Below, in pieces: positions 18,831 through 28,355 of a stretch of 64,000 nucleotides of DNA. Positions within the stretch are counted from its first letter, which is position 1. Every line of letters begins with the position of its first letter. The notes under the pieces were generated by a model. That model saw only the letters and a program-made list of their open reading frames with translations, was not told where the DNA came from and did no database searches. A program made the position numbers and the translations under genes. Origin of the DNA: a virus (taxonomy: Duplodnaviria; Caudoviricetes); the IMG/VR virus record IMGVR_UViG_3300027870_000002, positions 1,202 through 65,201 of that record; one strand, 5' to 3'.

Positions 18831-20000
18831 TTAAATGTTGTAGTCTTCGTCAAACACATCATGAAATTCGTCCACAACCGCTTCGCGCATCTCAGGCTCT
18901 GGCGCTCGGTCTTGCAACAAAACTTGGTTGTCGCGTCTTACCATTACACGCTGTGCATTCCTCATAGCATCTATGGCCCGCTGCACCGGGTCGCCTTCAA
19001 ATATGTCTACACCTACACGCCCACCTCTCAGGGGAATGCCTTGCGGACGGGCTGGTTCTGCCACCGCCTCTTTCGTCTTTACCTTAGCCGGCTTAGCCAC
19101 ACGCCCGCGCTTGCTTAGCAAGAACGGATTGTCCGGCTCGTTCCACATATAGGCAGGGACTGGCTTCTTGCTGTGAAGAATGCGCAGGTGTCGTGCATCT
19201 GCAATGGCTGACATCACATCTTCTTTCCGCACGTATGGCAAAATTGCCTTGCTCGCCGTAGTAAAAACCACATCAACTAAAGCACCCAGCCCATTGGCAT
19301 TTAGATAGTCGACAGGATCGACATTAACTTCCTTGCCAAACTTGCGAAAGCTGGTGCAGATGTTTACCCAGTCGAGGATGCGCTGCTTGTCAAACGTCGT
19401 CGGCAGATGCCGAAACTCTAGGGTCCCCTGTGTGTACAGAGGGATGAAGTTGATTGCCTGATACTTTGAGAACGCCCGATCGCGGGGTAAATTGTTCTTA
19501 GCCCATCCGTAAAGCAGCTGTGAAATGCCGCCAAAATCTCGCTGGCTAAGACAGATGGGGTCGCAGAAGCCGCAGGCTTCGCGCCATTCACCAGCGAAAC
19601 GAAACAATGCCTTCTCAAAAAGAATGTAAGAGAGGACACAGTTCAAGAATTCTGTGTTGTTATTCTCATTCATGTCAGTCATATCAACATGAAGGTGGAT
19701 GCCGGCACGGGGGTAGCCAACATCGAAGTTGTTTTTGATTGCGAAGTCACAGAACGTGTTAATAGCCTCACGTATCTGGCTCCCAACCATCCCACCGTTG
19801 GTGGTGAATTCCATTCCATTGTTGCGCAGACTATCGTCTCTGTGGGGGGTCCAGTCTGAAATAGAATTCTTCGTCACTGGAATGTTGCACGCCTCCACCT
19901 CTACTTCAATACCCACCTTGCAGAATGGATCGACAAGAGAGGTGTCTTGCGCGGGCACCTTATGCACCTTGTGACCAAACACATTTCCTAATGCACTCAT
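18831..20000 (-). CDS. Amidoligase (COOH-NH2 ligase family)
   Basis: VGIEVEVE, DDSLRNNGMEF, GIHLH, KYQAIN, GTLEFRH. Confidence 0.88.
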   Translation of the reverse strand: MSALGNVFGHKVHKVPAQDTSLVDPFCKVGIEVEVEACNIPVTKNSISDWTPHRDDSLRNNGMEFTTNGGMVGSQIREAINTFCDFAIKNNFDVGYPRAGIHLHVDMTDMNENNNTEFLNCVLSYILFEKALFRFAGEWREACGFCDPICLSQRDFGGISQLLYGWAKNNLPRDRAFSKYQAINFIPLYTQGTLEFRHLPTTFDKQRILDWVNICTSFRKFGKEVNVDPVDYLNANGLGALVDVVFTTASKAILPYVRKEDVMSAIADARHLRILHSKKPVPAYMWNEPDNPFLLSKRGRVAKPAKVKTKEAVAEPARPQGIPLRGGRVGVDIFEGDPVQRAIDAMRNAQRVMVRRDNQVLLQDRAPEPEMREAVVDEFHDVFDEDYNI

Positions 20001-20359
20001 TGCTTACTCCAGTCGCCGCTTGTCACAACCTTGTGTAGAGAAAGCGTATCATCGTGGTCCATAGTGTACACCCACGCGGGGCCGCCAGACGTTTCCACCT
20101 TCTGGCGCTGATAGAAGTGGGGATGGCCTTCCAGTCCGTCCAGATTGCGCAGTGTTGGCGCATCCACTTGATACAACTCCAAATGTAGGTCGGTATTACC
20201 GTGCACACTGATGGCAGGAAAGGGTCCAAGAGAGTACATCGTGCCACGCAACTTGGCGTTACCCAAAAACTCTGATGATTCAAGCAGACGGTGATTACCG
20301 TAGCCCTTGCGCAGTGTGCCATACACTCCAACAACAGCAGGGAACATTACATCATTCAT
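19997..20359 (-). CDS. Gamma-glutamylcyclotransferase
   Basis: VYGTLRKG, LDGLEGHPHFYQR. Confidence 0.92.
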   Translation of the reverse strand: MNDVMFPAVVGVYGTLRKGYGNHRLLESSEFLGNAKLRGTMYSLGPFPAISVHGNTDLHLELYQVDAPTLRNLDGLEGHPHFYQRQKVETSGGPAWVYTMDHDDTLSLHKVVTSGDWSKQ

Positions 20360-20967
20360 GAAAGCTCCTCATTAAAAAGCGCGGCTGCATCTTTGTTATC
20401 CCACACCCACTTAACACCGTCCTTGCTGTAAGCTACACGTTCGTTCTTAAACATGATAATGAACGGAGCTTCCTTATGCTGGCCCAGACACACGGCCCAG
20501 TTGTGGGACAGGGCAAATCCAACAGACGATGGCTCATCAATCAGGCGCTTTACGGCGTCGCTAAGGCGCATGAATGACGGAGCAAATATCTGTTTAGCCA
20601 CCTGAGAGTTTAGCTGTGCATTGTGCAACACCTCTTGCCGCACACCCAGCACGTCGTACACACCGAGAATTTCTGAAGGGACGGACACAACAATCGCAGG
20701 CGGAATCACACCCTTCTCGCGCCGACGGCCAGCATGGCGTTCGATGTAAAACAAATGCGCGCCATTGTTGATAGAGCGAAAGCCGAGCTTGGGGGTTTGG
20801 ACGTGCTTCCAGTCAAGCTCCTCCAAAGGAATAGAGGATTTGTCTGACAAGTTGATGCAACTGCCTTGGCCATTACCAATCACCTGCACCACGTCCCCTG
20901 TGTGAGGATGCAGTATCCACGCCCCAGTATAATACCCTAAAAAATCTGCTTTTGCATATCGGTGCAT
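20356..20967 (-). CDS. Hypothetical protein of the amidoligase cluster
   Basis: Coupled ORF inside the cluster. Confidence 0.7.
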   Translation of the reverse strand: MHRYAKADFLGYYTGAWILHPHTGDVVQVIGNGQGSCINLSDKSSIPLEELDWKHVQTPKLGFRSINNGAHLFYIERHAGRRREKGVIPPAIVVSVPSEILGVYDVLGVRQEVLHNAQLNSQVAKQIFAPSFMRLSDAVKRLIDEPSSVGFALSHNWAVCLGQHKEAPFIIMFKNERVAYSKDGVKWVWDNKDAAALFNEELS

Positions 20968-21803
20968 TACACTTCCTCTGGTAGTTCACAAAAATCGTGC
21001 CACTGCTGCGAGATGTTATCGTACTGGTTTCCAGCAATGCGCGACGTGTTAACTGCCTGCTGAATCGTTGCCCAGTCCACCTCTTGGTGGAATCTGCGGA
21101 ATTCGTTCGGCCTGCTAACAATCGTCTGAGCTGCTAGGATGATGCGCTCTGCCCTCACTAGGTTGTTCATCCAATACGCCGACGGCGTGCGGTATTCCAC
21201 ACCGTAAGGCTTGGAACGATAGAGGCCCGCTAGCCCATAAAACTGGCGCCGCAGGGGCTGGGGATCGGCACCATCCATGACGTCAAACATGTACGTCAAA
21301 TCGAGGCCCTTGATGAGAGCCCATTCTGGTATGAAGCCGTCTTCGCCCGGCTCTTTCTTTTCATATCCAATGTGGATGTGCCCACCAAAGAAGCGCGACA
21401 TGCCGAACTTCTTGGGGTCGGGAGGGAGGCGCCGTGCCCCACGCTCATATGCCAAGTAATCGGGGTCACAGCCGAAGGTGTTGGCCTTTGGGTGCTGCAG
21501 CTGGGCTGCCTCAAAGGTGGCGCCGTCTGTCACGTAGTAGGAATGTCCGACTCCGAAGTATTTCCCCACCACTGGCTGTAACTCTTTCATGGCAGTAGCC
21601 ATGGCGTTGCGGAACTTCTTCGGTTCAACGGGGGCGATATTGAACTCAAGAGCAACACCGTCTTCTTGAATTTTAAGTCCCACTTTTGAACCTTCAACAG
21701 CAAAGGGCTCTTGCTTTGTGCCCGGCACCACGTCAACGCATGGAACAAAACGCGAGCCACTAATGATTGCCAGCTCTGGATCGCAGCCGCAAGTAATCTT
21801 CAT
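20967..21803 (-). CDS. phiEco32-like COOH-NH2 ligase type 2
   Basis: GCDPE, EDGVALEFNI, FGCDPD, GGHIHIG, RSKPYGVEYRTPS. Confidence 0.9.
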   Translation of the reverse strand: MKITCGCDPELAIISGSRFVPCVDVVPGTKQEPFAVEGSKVGLKIQEDGVALEFNIAPVEPKKFRNAMATAMKELQPVVGKYFGVGHSYYVTDGATFEAAQLQHPKANTFGCDPDYLAYERGARRLPPDPKKFGMSRFFGGHIHIGYEKKEPGEDGFIPEWALIKGLDLTYMFDVMDGADPQPLRRQFYGLAGLYRSKPYGVEYRTPSAYWMNNLVRAERIILAAQTIVSRPNEFRRFHQEVDWATIQQAVNTSRIAGNQYDNISQQWHDFCELPEEV

Positions 21804-21804
21804 A

Positions 21805-22212
21805 CTAAGCACTCTCCTTTGGAGTTAAGGAAGCAGGTTGTGGAATCCACGGATGCCATTCTTTCTTTTCCTTGGCAGGATGTATCACCTTGTTAATAGC
21901 GGCGGCAATCTGCTTGCGCAAAGTGCGGCGCTCTTTCTTTGAAGGCTTGCGCAAAAACTGCTCACGCAATGTGGCGGCCATGTCGAGGTTGGGGCCTTCT
22001 TTATCAATACTACTATCACCAATCACCAGCTTGTATTGACTTGGGTCTTTGCGCCAGTCGGCCGTCCACACGCCCGTCAAGATTTCTCCTGTTTGCAGGG
22101 CGCCGCGGCATCTTGCCATGGCCTCTTCTTCTTTTTTAATCCACGCATACCCAAAACGCTTTCCTCCTTTGGGCGTTGTGACACGCATGATTGCGACAAG
22201 AGGCTCGCTCAT
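21805..22212 (-). CDS. Hypothetical basic protein
   Basis: ORF. Confidence 0.6.
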   Translation of the reverse strand: MSEPLVAIMRVTTPKGGKRFGYAWIKKEEEAMARCRGALQTGEILTGVWTADWRKDPSQYKLVIGDSSIDKEGPNLDMAATLREQFLRKPSKKERRTLRKQIAAAINKVIHPAKEKKEWHPWIPQPASLTPKESA

Positions 22213-23117
22213 TCTTTCTTCTCCAAGAGAAGCTGCTGCTTATACCATTCGGGAAATCCCGCCTGTGCTCTGGATGCCCAACGTTTCTTGAACATGACGA
22301 ACAATTCCTCCTTGAAATTGTCCTTCTCTTCTTCCACCATGTCACGCCAGATTTCAGCCATGAGAATGCCAATGTCCTTTGGCTCTCCTACTAGCTTACC
22401 ATCATCACGCAGGTGCTGCACAGCCTTGTGCCAGCGCGCTTCAGTTTTGTACTTGTCGAATAGAAGTTCGAGTGCGTCCTTCTTACCCATCCAATCTGGG
22501 TTGTTGGCGTGTTTCTCCTTGAATTGCTCACTCACATACTTGAGGACAGTGAGAGGATAAATCATCCCCGCAAAGTCCATTGGGCGAGTGTAGTCCTTGA
22601 TGACGATGCCTTCAATATCAGCACCACCAAGCTGACTCTTACCAGCCGCCTTCATCATGTCTGCAAATTCCTGCAAACTTCCGAAGGTGACATTACCTAG
22701 GAGTCGTACGCACTCCACACCAAGCAAATCAGCAGTGCGCTGCACAGTGTCATAATCACTGCCTCTGGTACGGTCAAAATCAAAAACACCAAACAGCGCA
22801 ATGTGGTTAAGAGGAATCCTATCGTACGCGAGCGTATTGTGACGAGGAGTTTTAAGAGTTTCTCCATAATATGATGTGCCTTTTGCGAGCTTGTGTTGAA
22901 TAGAACGCACATACTCTACAGCAGGGCGGAACATATCGTTTGGGTATTCAGGGTCGATAGCCTGCCCCTTACTACGGCAATGCAGCTTGCCATTTTCATC
23001 GAGTCCGAATGCAAACATGGACCCATCCACCTTCTCTGTCACTTCAACAGGCCGACCAATAACAAGGTCGGAATATTTCCCCACAAGGGGGAGAATCTTG
23101 GGATAGCTCTTAATCAT
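22209..23117 (-). CDS. RNA ligase (Rnl2-like nucleotidyltransferase)
   Basis: YPKI, TEKVDGS, YGE, FGVFD, EGIVIK, KYVSEQFKE. Confidence 0.85.
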   Translation of the reverse strand: MIKSYPKILPLVGKYSDLVIGRPVEVTEKVDGSMFAFGLDENGKLHCRSKGQAIDPEYPNDMFRPAVEYVRSIQHKLAKGTSYYGETLKTPRHNTLAYDRIPLNHIALFGVFDFDRTRGSDYDTVQRTADLLGVECVRLLGNVTFGSLQEFADMMKAAGKSQLGGADIEGIVIKDYTRPMDFAGMIYPLTVLKYVSEQFKEKHANNPDWMGKKDALELLFDKYKTEARWHKAVQHLRDDGKLVGEPKDIGILMAEIWRDMVEEEKDNFKEELFVMFKKRWASRAQAGFPEWYKQQLLLEKKE

Positions 23118-23419
23118 TATTCGATTTCCTCTACAAGCCTCTTGATTACGAATGAGTTGATGTCACTCCACCTCTGGTACTCTTTCACCCAGCGCTCGGC
23201 CTCCATTTTGGAATCCATGCTGGTGAAATACGTAGTGCCCTTATAAACACCCCACCTAACCTCAGGCTCGCGCTTGATTCGATAGTCCTCAGGATTTTGC
23301 AGGAACGAGGGGTCGTTGTTTACTGACCAAATTCCAGCCATGTTTTTTATTTCAATATCAGTACCTTCTGAGAAGGCTTTGATAATGGGTAACATCTTTG
23401 CCCAATGTACTCTATTCAT
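23117..23419 (-). CDS. Hypothetical phage protein
   Basis: IIKAFSEG..IE...YRIK. Confidence 0.7.
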   Translation of the reverse strand: MNRVHWAKMLPIIKAFSEGTDIEIKNMAGIWSVNNDPSFLQNPEDYRIKREPEVRWGVYKGTTYFTSMDSKMEAERWVKEYQRWSDINSFVIKRLVEEIE

Positions 23420-24028
23420 TACAAGCTCTCCGTAATACGCTGACGAATGTCAGCAAGGGTTTCAAATCTAAGCGTAGCACCGTAAGAAAACACAGGCTCC
23501 AAGAAGCCTTCGGCCGACGCATCATCCAGAGAGGCCTCGTCTCTGTATGTGTACTTCCCATCCTCATCAATCTCTACAACAACGCCGCCCTTCTGGCTCT
23601 TTTTAACGCCGTCGTCTGTCTTCGGGTCTTTGAAAATGTGGCGCTCTTGTCCGTCAACCACACACAGGGTGGACTTGAGAGCGAAGCCGAAGGTATCGCG
23701 CGTGTTGTACTGGTAGGTAAAGGAACCAATACCAAACACGACGTTGATGGAGGCAAAGCCCTTCTGCTTGAGCCCCTCGCAAATATCCTTGGCGCGCTGT
23801 AGCGTAATGCTATCGCCATAGATGCAGCCGATGTGGCTGTCTAGGAGCTTATATCCCTTTGCTGTTTCTGTTCCTCCAAACAACTCCCACAGTATTTGCA
23901 CGACACCTTTGTGTTCAGGAGTGCCAGCAGGCGCAGATACTATACACCACCTGCGTCTTGTCTGGGTATTGCAGACGGTGGGACAGCTTGTAGAAGTCGG
24001 CCAACAACATTGCTTGCAAACCCTTCAT
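23419..24028 (-). pseudogene. Nicotinamide phosphoribosyltransferase-like (Namat/Nampt) gene with large out-of-frame internal deletion
   Basis: N-terminal MKGLQAMLLADFYKLSHRLQYPDKTQVVYS joined out of frame at 23937/23938 to SAPAGTPEHKGVVQILW...IYGDSIT...TRDTFGFALK...KKSQKG. Confidence 0.85.
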
Positions 24029-24495
24029 GCGTCTTCTCCTGTGTACACATGGAACGTGGCGTCTGGGAATTCGTTCAATACAGCTTCTGTCAGTTCCCAA
24101 GGAACGCCAAACTTGCCGCTATTAATCTTCGGCATTGTCAAATCAACCCCGTATCGTACTGCCTTGGCGATAGCCCTACGTGTGCTATCCACAATAGTGG
24201 GCACATCATCAACGTCGGGACCGTAACCTTCTGACGTGAACAGACACACGACTGCCCCGTCGTCCCCTACCATGTAGGACGCATCTCCGCGTGTGGGCTT
24301 GGCTCCAATAGTTCCTAGCACTGGTCGCCGCGGAGCTTGACGACATAGCGTTTCATACACACTAAAAGCGCCGGGAAAGCGCTCCTTGAATTCAACAGCA
24401 ATACCACTGCCCCAAACACCCTTACAATTGCAAGCATGAGCAAACACGCTGTCTTTTGGAGCGTCCCACAGGCTGCCCTTGTGATAAACAATCAT
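24025..24495 (-). CDS. Macrodomain protein (Poa1p/DarG-like ADP-ribose hydrolase)
   Basis: KGSLW, HACNCKGVWGSGIA, MPKINSGKFGVPW. Confidence 0.88.
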   Translation of the reverse strand: MIVYHKGSLWDAPKDSVFAHACNCKGVWGSGIAVEFKERFPGAFSVYETLCRQAPRRPVLGTIGAKPTRGDASYMVGDDGAVVCLFTSEGYGPDVDDVPTIVDSTRRAIAKAVRYGVDLTMPKINSGKFGVPWELTEAVLNEFPDATFHVYTGEDA

Positions 24496-25262
24496 GTGAA
24501 CACTTCCACACCGCCAGCAAATATCTGCTTGATGCCTGCGTCCCTTAGCACTTGTGTGCCTTTGCTGAAGATACCGTGGGATACATAGAGAATGATCCAT
24601 GCTTTGGAGCACTTCTCTCGGATCAGCTTCGCCAGCGCGATGAAGGTTGCTCCCCCATCACATATGTCGTCCACGATAAGGATGCGTGTATCCAAGGTAG
24701 GATGTTCTTTGATATCAGGAATCTTCATACCAACAATACGCCCTGTTGCAGGGTCTCTTTCTTTTGTAGCAGATATAATCGCCTCTGGATTGAACGCGGC
24801 GCCGTAGCGTCGATAGGCACCCTCATCCGGGAAAAGGACAAAATCTATGCATTCTTCAAATGCGAACATATCCATGGCATCTCGGTCGAGGGCCAAGTTT
24901 TTAAATCCCGGCAGGAGTTCTGAAACAAGCGCTGGATTGTGAACATCGTAGGAAATTACTTTGCTGAATTTCAAGGCATTGAGCAGCTTGAGGAACGCGC
25001 GCAGGGCGAATGTCGTGTCGTTGCTAATCTCCTTGTCCTGTCGTGCATATGGCATATACGGCATGTGCAATGTCGTGTCCATACGCCCACCATCCACAAG
25101 CATCTTCAGCTGAGCAACGTGCATGAATTCTGCCTCGTTCTCAAACTTCCAATGAATGCAATTGTCGCTCTTGAGAATGGCCTTTTCAGGCACATGCCAC
25201 ACCTGTGATGTTTTGTCAGGGAACATCGTTGGTGTGATGAGATAGTTGTTGAGAAGTATCAT
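24492..25262 (-). CDS. Ribose-phosphate pyrophosphokinase-like protein (probable NARP1 Adps)
   Basis: FPD, PYMPYARQD, DVHN, PDEGA, IVDDICDGGATF, VSHGIFSKG; adjacent to Nampt-like gene. Confidence 0.88.
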   Translation of the reverse strand: MILLNNYLITPTMFPDKTSQVWHVPEKAILKSDNCIHWKFENEAEFMHVAQLKMLVDGGRMDTTLHMPYMPYARQDKEISNDTTFALRAFLKLLNALKFSKVISYDVHNPALVSELLPGFKNLALDRDAMDMFAFEECIDFVLFPDEGAYRRYGAAFNPEAIISATKERDPATGRIVGMKIPDIKEHPTLDTRILIVDDICDGGATFIALAKLIREKCSKAWIILYVSHGIFSKGTQVLRDAGIKQIFAGGVEVFT

Positions 25263-25645
25263 TCCTCTTCTTCCCATTCGATTTCGTGATAGCTGAGAGC
25301 GCCTGGGTATAACATTTTCGCCTCTTCTTCAGTAGCTTTCACATAACGTCCCACAATCATGAGATTTTCTACAAAGCTGCTGGTTTGACGAGCAATCCAG
25401 CCCTTCTTCTTCACTGTATTGGGAAGCAACTTGCGTGTAGTGCCTCCGCCGGTGTCGTCTAGGCACACACCATCTGGCCCAAACACACGATAGAGAGTTT
25501 GCCCCGGCCGGGAGTGCATGGCTACAAAACACTCCCCAGCAATTTCACTAAGAACACACCACGTTTCCCACATAAAACCGTCGCCGCCGGGAAGCGTTTG
25601 CTGCGCGACATTTGAGCGATAGGCTTTGCCTACTTCAAGCTTCAT
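25259..25645 (-). CDS. Hypothetical protein
   Basis: MKLEVGKAYR, N-terminus resembles 28666..28998. Confidence 0.65.
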   Translation of the reverse strand: MKLEVGKAYRSNVAQQTLPGGDGFMWETWCVLSEIAGECFVAMHSRPGQTLYRVFGPDGVCLDDTGGGTTRKLLPNTVKKKGWIARQTSSFVENLMIVGRYVKATEEEAKMLYPGALSYHEIEWEEEE

Positions 25646-25944
25646 ACAATTTCCTCAAGGCCAAATTCCTTGCGTTCCAGCTGCATAACATCAACAGCGT
25701 CTTCGTACGAAGGCCTCTCAACGCTGAAGCCATAATTGGCGTCACGGAATTGGAAATAACGACGCCGAGCCACCTGTCTACCAGTTCGGCGGCAGAATTG
25801 GTCGTCTGGATTGCGCAATGCTGCGCAGCCATACCAAACGCCGTCGTTCTCCTTGCGGAAGAAGACAGATGCTACATCGTCAATGTGGAAGTACAGCTCT
25901 TCATGCGTGGTAGATTTGTGCGGATGTGCAATCTTCGTGTTCAT
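25642..25944 (-). CDS. Hypothetical protein
   Basis: NPDDQFCRRTGR motif. Confidence 0.7.
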   Translation of the reverse strand: MNTKIAHPHKSTTHEELYFHIDDVASVFFRKENDGVWYGCAALRNPDDQFCRRTGRQVARRRYFQFRDANYGFSVERPSYEDAVDVMQLERKEFGLEEIV

Positions 25945-26765
25945 GTCCTCTCCTTTAGCCAAGAAACAAATGCGTTCGTATACGCTTCTTTCGTACTACC
26001 TGCTTCAATGCCCGGCGCACTGTTAATTTCACACACCACTTCTACACCAGAAGTGTGATTGGCGAGAATATCCACAGCGCAATGCTGTGCTCCTACCGCA
26101 TCAGCAGCGGCAAGAGCAAGAGCACTGAGACGCTCACGATAATTACGCTCGTCACAAGAGAGAGCTTGTGTTGTGAACACCCATCCATTTCCATGAACGC
26201 GGATGAGAGCTTGGTCTTCAGATTGTTCAAACCCATTACGTTTCCTTTTCTGTTGGATTAAAACGACGTTACCAAAAGCCACGTGAACGCGATACTCAGC
26301 ATGCTTGCGAAAATAGCGCGTGTATAGAGGCGCAGCCGGAATGTTTCCTCCACGACGCACAACGACAATACCACTACCACTGTGACCAGTAGTTGTGAGA
26401 CGAGCGATAATTTTCCCATCTTCTTCGAGCCACCCTTTGACCGTCTGTTCGTGAGCCAGTGTCCGCTCTGCGTCCAAGGCAAACTGCAAGTGGGGAACAT
26501 TTTTGCCCATCAGCTCCACAAGCGTCTTGCGCTTGTCCTGACAATTGGCCACACTTTCGGCGCTGTTCGACGACGTTAGCCGACGTTGCCGGAAGAAGCG
26601 GGGAGTTTGCGACACGCCCCAATTGAGGACAATTCTGTCTCCTCGCGTCCTGCGCTCGCTATCAACAGACGCAAGGCCTACAGGCACGCCCATAGCAGCG
26701 CTTATAGCTGTGGCCAAGACACGGGCTCCTTGAGAGCCCGGATTGCGCAGCATTGTAATTGTCAC
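25941..26765 (-). CDS. ATP-grasp ligase (RimK/YheC-like)
   Basis: LNWG, DKRKT, GHSGSGI, EYRVHV, AVD, EINSAPG. Confidence 0.9.
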   Translation of the reverse strand: MTITMLRNPGSQGARVLATAISAAMGVPVGLASVDSERRTRGDRIVLNWGVSQTPRFFRQRRLTSSNSAESVANCQDKRKTLVELMGKNVPHLQFALDAERTLAHEQTVKGWLEEDGKIIARLTTTGHSGSGIVVVRRGGNIPAAPLYTRYFRKHAEYRVHVAFGNVVLIQQKRKRNGFEQSEDQALIRVHGNGWVFTTQALSCDERNYRERLSALALAAADAVGAQHCAVDILANHTSGVEVVCEINSAPGIEAGSTKEAYTNAFVSWLKERT

Positions 26766-27277
26766 TTAGATGCCTCCTCCTTCCTGCTCACAGAGAACAG
26801 CAGTGTGCGGACGGGACTTCCGTGGCTGCCCGGATACCACGGAGACATGGTGAGGACAGCCTTGTTACGCTCGCCCGACACGTTCTTCAAGCGCTGAATA
26901 TGCTTCAAGACGTACTTGTCTGCACAGCCGTCTTTAACATCAGCGATGAGGTAGGTATGGCGTGCGGCGCATGTGTCGATGAGACTGCGGAAAATGTTTG
27001 CACCAGTAGGGGCCCTGTCTCGCTCTGCTTTCCATTCATTTTCTTCTAGTGGCTCGCACTCGCTATCGCCCCACCCATCATTAAAGTCGTCGCCTTTGTA
27101 TTTTCCAACCTTGTCCACCCGCCAATCACACAATACCGTTTGGGCGCAGCAATAGGGAAACTCTTCACATTCCCACCGTAAATCAAGAAGCTCCTTTCCT
27201 ACGCGTATAAACATTGTTAGCTCCGCAAAATCCACAGGAAAATTTTGTTTCCAGAATTCTTGTTGACATTCTCCCAC
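26762..27277 (-). CDS. Hypothetical protein (CC-motif family)
   Basis: FPYCCAQ...WYPGSHGSPV. Confidence 0.65.
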   Translation of the reverse strand: MGECQQEFWKQNFPVDFAELTMFIRVGKELLDLRWECEEFPYCCAQTVLCDWRVDKVGKYKGDDFNDGWGDSECEPLEENEWKAERDRAPTGANIFRSLIDTCAARHTYLIADVKDGCADKYVLKHIQRLKNVSGERNKAVLTMSPWYPGSHGSPVRTLLFSVSRKEEASK

Positions 27278-27672
27278 ACAAGCTCAAGCTTGTCTTCTCC
27301 AAACACCCAACGAGCCAGCCCAATTAGCAGGCCGTTCTGTACATCAGCGAACAGAGAGCTCCGCACACCATCACAAAGGTAGCTTGACAAACTGTCTTTG
27401 AGTGAGGCCGGGTCGGGATAGATGATGTATCCGTGCCGCTCTTGGAGCGGCTTTGAGGTTGTCCATGCAGTACCTCCGTAGCAGACATTTAATCCGCAAC
27501 ATCCACGATACTCTCCTTTATACACTCCCACACCGAGCCATGCAAAACCTGCAGCCTTAAATGTCTGCATCCATGCCGGAAGTGCATCAAACTCTTCTTG
27601 CGTAATTGGGCAGGCAAGCATCATGTCAGTGACTCCCCTTAGCACACACTTGATAAGATTCGTATTCGGCAT
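27217..27672 (-). CDS. Hypothetical protein (CCG-motif family)
   Basis: RGCCGLN...NKNSGNKIFLW. Confidence 0.65.
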   Translation of the reverse strand: MPNTNLIKCVLRGVTDMMLACPITQEEFDALPAWMQTFKAAGFAWLGVGVYKGEYRGCCGLNVCYGGTAWTTSKPLQERHGYIIYPDPASLKDSLSSYLCDGVRSSLFADVQNGLLIGLARWVFGEDKLELVWENVNKNSGNKIFLWILRS

Positions 27673-27883
27673 AGTTGATGCGCGCCTTTGTCTGCACTGG
27701 GCGCACGCTCATGTCCAAATCGAACACACAATCCTTTGGCGGATTGCTGTGCAAATCGACAGAGACGTTGTGCCCCACCTTCAAATACAAGCTGTTGTTC
27801 TTCACTGTCACAACACCAATGGTGTCATCGGACAGGGCGCGAAAAAGGGAGCCAATAGCCAGCTGATTGAATTTCATGTTCAT
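27626..27883 (-). CDS. Hypothetical protein
   Basis: MKFNQLAIGSLF...YLKV. Confidence 0.6.
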   Translation of the reverse strand: MNMKFNQLAIGSLFRALSDDTIGVVTVKNNSLYLKVGHNVSVDLHSNPPKDCVFDLDMSVRPVQTKARINYAEYESYQVCAKGSH

Positions 27884-27944
27884 ATTCCTGCAAGCGTAGC
27901 ACGTGCTACGACAAAGGGCCCTGTTTCCAAGGCCCTTTAACGTA

Positions 27945-28355
27945 TCAGCCGTGTTTTACAAGAGAGGCGGCATATTCAAGCAGCCACACCTTTGGGGCAA
28001 TCCAAAGCTTGATAAGCTCAAAAATATTGCCCAAAGAAGCTGTAAGCGTAAGAATACTTATAATTGCGGCCGCAGCACACGACGCCCCGCGCGACATCTC
28101 AGCTTCGTCTGTCAATTTGCCGGCGGGCCAGCGCCACTTGTCCGTTATGTTCCAAATCTTTTTGGAAGCAACACAAACGCCAACAAGCACAGACAATTCC
28201 ACACCGGCATATAGGCCAGCTTCGGCCATGTGCCATTTAATAAGCTGCTGTACTACATCTGGCGCTTGGTCTTTCAGAAATTCAGCGCCCGCTGTTGCTG
28301 CATCAATTGCGTTCTTGAGAATTTCATTGACGGTGTTTTGCAATTGCTCGTTCAT
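27945..28355 (-). CDS. Membrane protein
   Basis: QAPDVVQQLIKW, two TM helices, WIAPKVWLLEY. Confidence 0.75.
   Translation of the reverse strand: MNEQLQNTVNEILKNAIDAATAGAEFLKDQAPDVVQQLIKWHMAEAGLYAGVELSVLVGVCVASKKIWNITDKWRWPAGKLTDEAEMSRGASCAAAAIISILTLTASLGNIFELIKLWIAPKVWLLEYAASLVKHG

Noticed and set aside
18282-19118. 278-aa plus-strand ORF and many other antisense ORFs
   Set aside because: Shadows of well-supported genes on the other strand; no SD or recognisable motifs.
23419-24028. Programmed +1 frameshift giving a functional mini-Nampt
   Set aside because: No slippery site at the junction, and the fused product would lack most of the catalytic core.
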